Shown here: in pieces, positions 60,519-64,000 of the stretch | How positions within the stretch are numbered: position 1 is the stretch's first letter | How the letters are laid out: each line of letters begins with the position of its first letter | Source of the DNA: Candidatus Thermofontivivens primus | Lineage (GTDB): Bacteria; Sysuimicrobiota; Sysuimicrobiia; Sysuimicrobiales; Thermofontiviventaceae | Assembly: GCA_031458695.1 (NCBI GenBank) | Contig: JAVKJW010000009.1 | Location: 469-64,468, forward strand | DNA: 64,000 nucleotides | Direction: 5' to 3' | Notes under the pieces: model-generated | Seen by the model: only the letters and a program-made list of their open reading frames with translations | Databases searched by the model: none | What the model was told of the DNA's origin: nothing | Position numbers and translations under genes: made by a program

Positions 60519-60675
60519 GGGGAGGCGGGCCTCCTGCTCCGGTTGTCCTTATCTCCTGGTCGCTCCAGCGAATTCTTTTGGTAAGGTCTCGCTGGGAGGC
60601 ATGGGTATTCTGTGCCCAGCAAACACGTATATCCCGAGGATATAGGGATGTTGTGTACCAAGGAGGCATGAGAGG

Positions 60676-61284
60676 ATGACGCTGATCCCCATTGTAGTGG
60701 AACAGACACCTCGTGGGGAACGTGCGTACGACATTTACTCACGACTCCTGAAGGAGCGCATCGTCTTCCTAGGCGGCCCTATCGACGATGCGACAGCCAA
60801 CGTGGTAATTGCCCAGCTGCTCTTTCTGGAGAGCGAGGATCCCGAAAAGGACATCCAATTGTACATCAACAGCCCCGGGGGGGTCGTGACAGCAGCCCTA
60901 GCGATCTACGACACCATCCAATACCTTCGCCCAGATGTCTCCACGATCTGCGTGGGTCTTGCTGCCAGCGTGGCCGCGGTCATCCTCGCGGGAGGGGCAA
61001 GGGGGAAGCGCTTCGCTCTTCCTTACTCGCGCATCATGCTCCATCAGCCCTGGGGTGGCGTCCGAGGAAGTGCGGTAGACATCAGCATCGAGGCGCAGGA
61101 AGTCCTCACCCTCCGGCGGTTCCTGCAAGAGATCCTCGCGAAGCATACCGGCCAGCCACTGGAGCGCATTGAGCGAGATACAGACCGTGACTTCTGGATG
61201 GGGGCAGAGGAGGCCAAGAGCTACGGGATCATCGACGATGTTATCCGTCCCCGCAAGGTCAAAGTGGAGACGATAGGAGGATAG
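60676..61284 (+). CDS. clpP: ATP-dependent Clp protease proteolytic subunit
   Basis: [21 protein letters not shown], Ser block GLAASVAA, His block [15 protein letters not shown] 9 nt upstream of the ATG. Confidence 0.95.
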   Translation: MTLIPIVVEQTPRGERAYDIYSRLLKERIVFLGGPIDDATANVVIAQLLFLESEDPEKDIQLYINSPGGVVTAALAIYDTIQYLRPDVSTICVGLAASVAAVILAGGARGKRFALPYSRIMLHQPWGGVRGSAVDISIEAQEVLTLRRFLQEILAKHTGQPLERIERDTDRDFWMGAEEAKSYGIIDDVIRPRKVKVETIGG

Positions 61285-61286
61285 AG

Positions 61287-62393
61287 ATGGAGAACCGGTA
61301 CCTAGAGAAGTGGGCGAAGGTCCTCGTACACTACTCCCTGCGCCTTCAGAAGGGGGATCTCCTTCGAATCGGGGGGACAACCCTGACCGCTCCCCTCATT
61401 CTTGCCGTCTACCGGGAGGCACTCGAGGTTGGTGCACACCCTTATACCCGCGTGGCCATTGAGGGCATCGAGGAGACCTATTACCGGTATGCCTCCGAGG
61501 AGCAGCTCAGGTTCGTCTCCGAGGTGGAGAAGTTCGAGATGGAAAAGGTGGATGCGTACCTGACGATCCTGGGATACTGGAACACTCGGAGCCTTTCCAA
61601 TATTGACCCGGCACGCCTCGCAATCCGGCAGGAGGCCACCCGAGATCTCAGCCAGAGGTTCCTGGAGCGGTCGGCCAAAGGGGAGCTACGGTGGTGCGTC
61701 ACCCAGTTCCCCACAAACGCCGATGCGCAAGAGGCCGACATGTCCCTGCGGGACTACGAGGAGTTTATCATCCGCGCCTGCCTCCTGGAGCACGACGACC
61801 CCATCACAGCGTGGGAGCAGGTGAAGGCCCGCCAGGACCGCATCGCCAGGTTTCTGGAGAAGATCCGCACCTTCCGCATCGTCGCTCCAGATGTCGACCT
61901 GACCATCTCTACGGAGGGGCGGCGATGGATCAATGCCTTCGGGGATAAAAACTTTCCCGATGGGGAGGTCTTTACCGGTCCTGTGGAGGATTCAGCGAAT
62001 GGGCACGTCCGGTTCACCTTCCCGGCGATCTTCCACGGGCGTGAGGTGATCGATGTCCGGCTCTGGTTCGAGTCTGGCCGGGTAGTGAAGGCGGAGGCGT
62101 CCAAAGGAGAAGAGCTTTTGCACTCCATGCTCGATACCGACCCAGGGGCAAGATACGTGGGCGAGTTTGCCTTTGGACTTAACGATGGGATTCAGCGCTT
62201 CACCAAGAACATTCTCTTCGATGAGAAGATCGGAGGGACGTTCCACCTGGCGCTCGGGAGTGGTTACCCTGAAACAGGCTCCCGGAATATCTCAGGGCTA
62301 CACTGGGACATGATCTGTGATCTCCGACGGGGAGGGGAGGTCTACGGGGACGGAGAGCTCATTTACCGGGACGGGAGGTTTCTGATCGCTTAG
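61287..62393 (+). CDS. M29-family aminopeptidase (AmpS/aminopeptidase T-like)
   Basis: 368 aa. The N-terminus LEKWAKVLVHYSLRLQKGDLLRI and the C-terminal block GEFAFGLN...GGTFHLALG...HWDMI are typical of thermophilic M29 aminopeptidases. Confidence 0.85.
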   Translation: MENRYLEKWAKVLVHYSLRLQKGDLLRIGGTTLTAPLILAVYREALEVGAHPYTRVAIEGIEETYYRYASEEQLRFVSEVEKFEMEKVDAYLTILGYWNTRSLSNIDPARLAIRQEATRDLSQRFLERSAKGELRWCVTQFPTNADAQEADMSLRDYEEFIIRACLLEHDDPITAWEQVKARQDRIARFLEKIRTFRIVAPDVDLTISTEGRRWINAFGDKNFPDGEVFTGPVEDSANGHVRFTFPAIFHGREVIDVRLWFESGRVVKAEASKGEELLHSMLDTDPGARYVGEFAFGLNDGIQRFTKNILFDEKIGGTFHLALGSGYPETGSRNISGLHWDMICDLRRGGEVYGDGELIYRDGRFLIA

Positions 62394-62435
62394 ATACCTC
62401 ACGAAACTTCGGTTGGTGTGTGCTTTGGGGGGTCC

Positions 62436-62708
62436 TTAGCCCCGTTCGTATTCGGCGATGAGCTCTTCGAACAACCGCTGTGTTTCCTCGCTGACATGCT
62501 CGGCCATTTCCGCGTAGGCTGGGCTCTCCATGGCTTTCAACTGAATGTTCTGGAGCATGTTCCCCTCAATCCAACGGAGGAAGTCCACGACTTCCTCTCT
62601 CCGGAACTCCCCGAACTCGCCAGCCTTGAGCCTACGAACGAATTCATGGAGAGGCCGATACTCCACGAGGCAGAGCTGCTCATAGATCTCCCACAACCGC
62701 TCATGCAT
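62436..62708 (-). CDS. Hypothetical 90-aa acidic helical protein
   Basis: ATG preceded by GGAGGG at 5 nt. Codon usage resembles its neighbours. I recognise no family. Confidence 0.5.
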   Translation of the reverse strand: MHERLWEIYEQLCLVEYRPLHEFVRRLKAGEFGEFRREEVVDFLRWIEGNMLQNIQLKAMESPAYAEMAEHVSEETQRLFEELIAEYERG

Positions 62709-62800
62709 CGCAGCCCTCCGAGGTGCGGTTGTATTGCCATTTTCTCTTTTCCCCGCCCGATCCCTTCCCGGTGGTGGTCCAGGATTTCTTTTCTTTCCCT

Positions 62801-64000
62801 CTAAGTACGGCGAGGCCCGCGCACGCGATGGAGCTTAATGAAGTTCGTCCTCCCTCGTGCGATGATGGGAGCCGAGCCGACTAAGACGATGGTTTCTCCG
62901 GGGTTCACGAGGCCACGAGTGACGAGCTCCCTTTCCACATGGGCGATCATCGTATCCGTGTCGCGTTGGAATGCGGTCAGAACCGGCTGAACCCCCCACC
63001 ACAGGGAGAGGCGCCTGGCTACCGCGAGAGTTTCCGTGAAGGCGATGAGGGGTTGGCGTGGGCGATTGGTGGAGATCATCTCTGCGGTCCTTCCAGACCG
63101 GGTGATGACTACGATGGCCTTAACGTCGAGTTCCTCGGCAAGATGACAGGCTGCCTGCCCGACAGCAAAGGCATGGGTGATCCGTTGCGGATCTGCCCGT
63201 CTGCCGTAGCGGTATTCGGGGCTTGCTTCCACAGCACGGGCGATCCGGTCCATCATCTGGACCGCCTCCACTGGATAGTTCCCTGTCGCTGTCTCTGCCG
63301 AGAGCATGACTGCATCGGTTCCGTCAAGGATGGCGTTGGCCACGTCTGAGGTTTCCGCTCGGGTAGGGCGAGGATGGTGGACCATGGACTCCAGCATTTG
63401 GGTAGCGGTGATCACAGGGATCCCGACTTGGTTGGCCTTGCGGATAATGACCTTCTGGAGGATGGGGATGCGCTCTGGATCCAGCTCCACCCCAAGATCT
63501 CCTCTCGCCACCATAACCCCATCGGCTGCTTCCACGATCTCATCGAGGTTTTCGATGGCCTCCGCCCTCTCAAGTTTGGCAATGAGCCGGACCTCAAGAG
63601 CGCCAAGGGACCGGAGGATACGTCGCACGTGAAGGAGATCCTCGGCCCTTCGCACGAAGCTCAGCGCGACGTAGTCTACCCCCATCCCCAAGCCGAACTG
63701 TAAATCAGCAATGTCCTTCTCAGTCAAGGAGGGGAGGCGGAGGCGAGTGTCAGGGAAGTTCACTCCCTTATGGCTGGAAAGGGGTCCACCACGGATAACC
63801 CGACATTGGACCGTATCCTCCCCGCAAATTTCCACGACCAGCTCCAGGTTCCCGTCATCGAGGAGGATGCGATCTCCCGGCTTGACGTCTTGGGATAGGG
63901 AGGGATAGAGGAGTGGGATCACATCAGCGGAACCGGGGACCGCGCGCGTCGTCAGGCTGACCGTCGTTCCCGCTGGTATGAACACAGTACCATTCGGAAA
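62801..64000 (-). CDS. pyk: Pyruvate kinase, 3' portion; N-terminus lies beyond the right edge
   Basis: GVNFPDTRLRLPSLTEKD, VDYVALSFVR, IIAKLE-like IAKLERAEA, MVARGDLGVE, ATQMLESM. The frame stays open to position 64000, and the track M at 63985 is an internal GTG. Confidence 0.9.
   Translation of the reverse strand, partial: FPNGTVFIPAGTTVSLTTRAVPGSADVIPLLYPSLSQDVKPGDRILLDDGNLELVVEICGEDTVQCRVIRGGPLSSHKGVNFPDTRLRLPSLTEKDIADLQFGLGMGVDYVALSFVRRAEDLLHVRRILRSLGALEVRLIAKLERAEAIENLDEIVEAADGVMVARGDLGVELDPERIPILQKVIIRKANQVGIPVITATQMLESMVHHPRPTRAETSDVANAILDGTDAVMLSAETATGNYPVEAVQMMDRIARAVEASPEYRYGRRADPQRITHAFAVGQAACHLAEELDVKAIVVITRSGRTAEMISTNRPRQPLIAFTETLAVARRLSLWWGVQPVLTAFQRDTDTMIAHVERELVTRGLVNPGETIVLVGSAPIIARGRTNFIKLHRVRGPRRT

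Overview
GC-rich bacterial chromosomal window centred on the replication origin. The left arm (1-28292) is almost entirely minus-strand. It holds acs (partial), ychF, DUF951, a large TM-GAF-GGDEF cyclase and a membrane spermidine-synthase-like protein. It continues with an hspR-dnaK-grpE-dnaJ-clpB heat-shock operon, trxB/trxA, a TPR protein, an RNase H-fold protein, a DUF4446-PRTase-gcvT-gcvH-gcvPA-gcvPB block, DUF554 and an HD hydrolase. It ends with the classic origin-proximal run parA-parB, rsmG, jag-yidC-yidD-rnpA-rpmH. The right arm (28684-39858) is plus-strand: an unusual GHKL-ATPase/wHTH gene, dnaA, dnaN, a yaaA-like S4 gene, recF, DUF721 (DciA-like), remB-like, gyrB, gyrA, rsgA. Further right lie an MFS transporter, a six-gene shikimate/chorismate operon (aroE, aroC, aroK-aroB fusion, aroQ, aroH, aroA), pepF, an AmmeMemoRadiSam-type radical SAM enzyme and proBA. 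These are followed by an Fno/NpdG-like reductase, carbamate kinase, a BMP-family ABC transporter with two tandem binding-protein paralogues, clpP, an M29 aminopeptidase, a small hypothetical and pyk (partial). DnaA-box clusters flank dnaA on both sides (bipartite oriC) and a perfect parS lies inside parB. I see no rRNA, tRNA, CRISPR, transposase, integrase or phage genes, so this is core rather than accessory DNA. The ORF track shows GTG/TTG starts as M and over-extends many 5' ends. Where SD motifs, upstream stop codons or family N-termini allowed, I give trimmed starts. Many gene junctions are 1-4 nt overlaps (GTGA/ATGA), which suggests translational coupling. The most unusual element is the GHKL-ATPase/wHTH gene inserted between the rpmH-side DnaA boxes and dnaA; the other observations are modest. 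All homology statements are by-eye motif recognition, not database searches.
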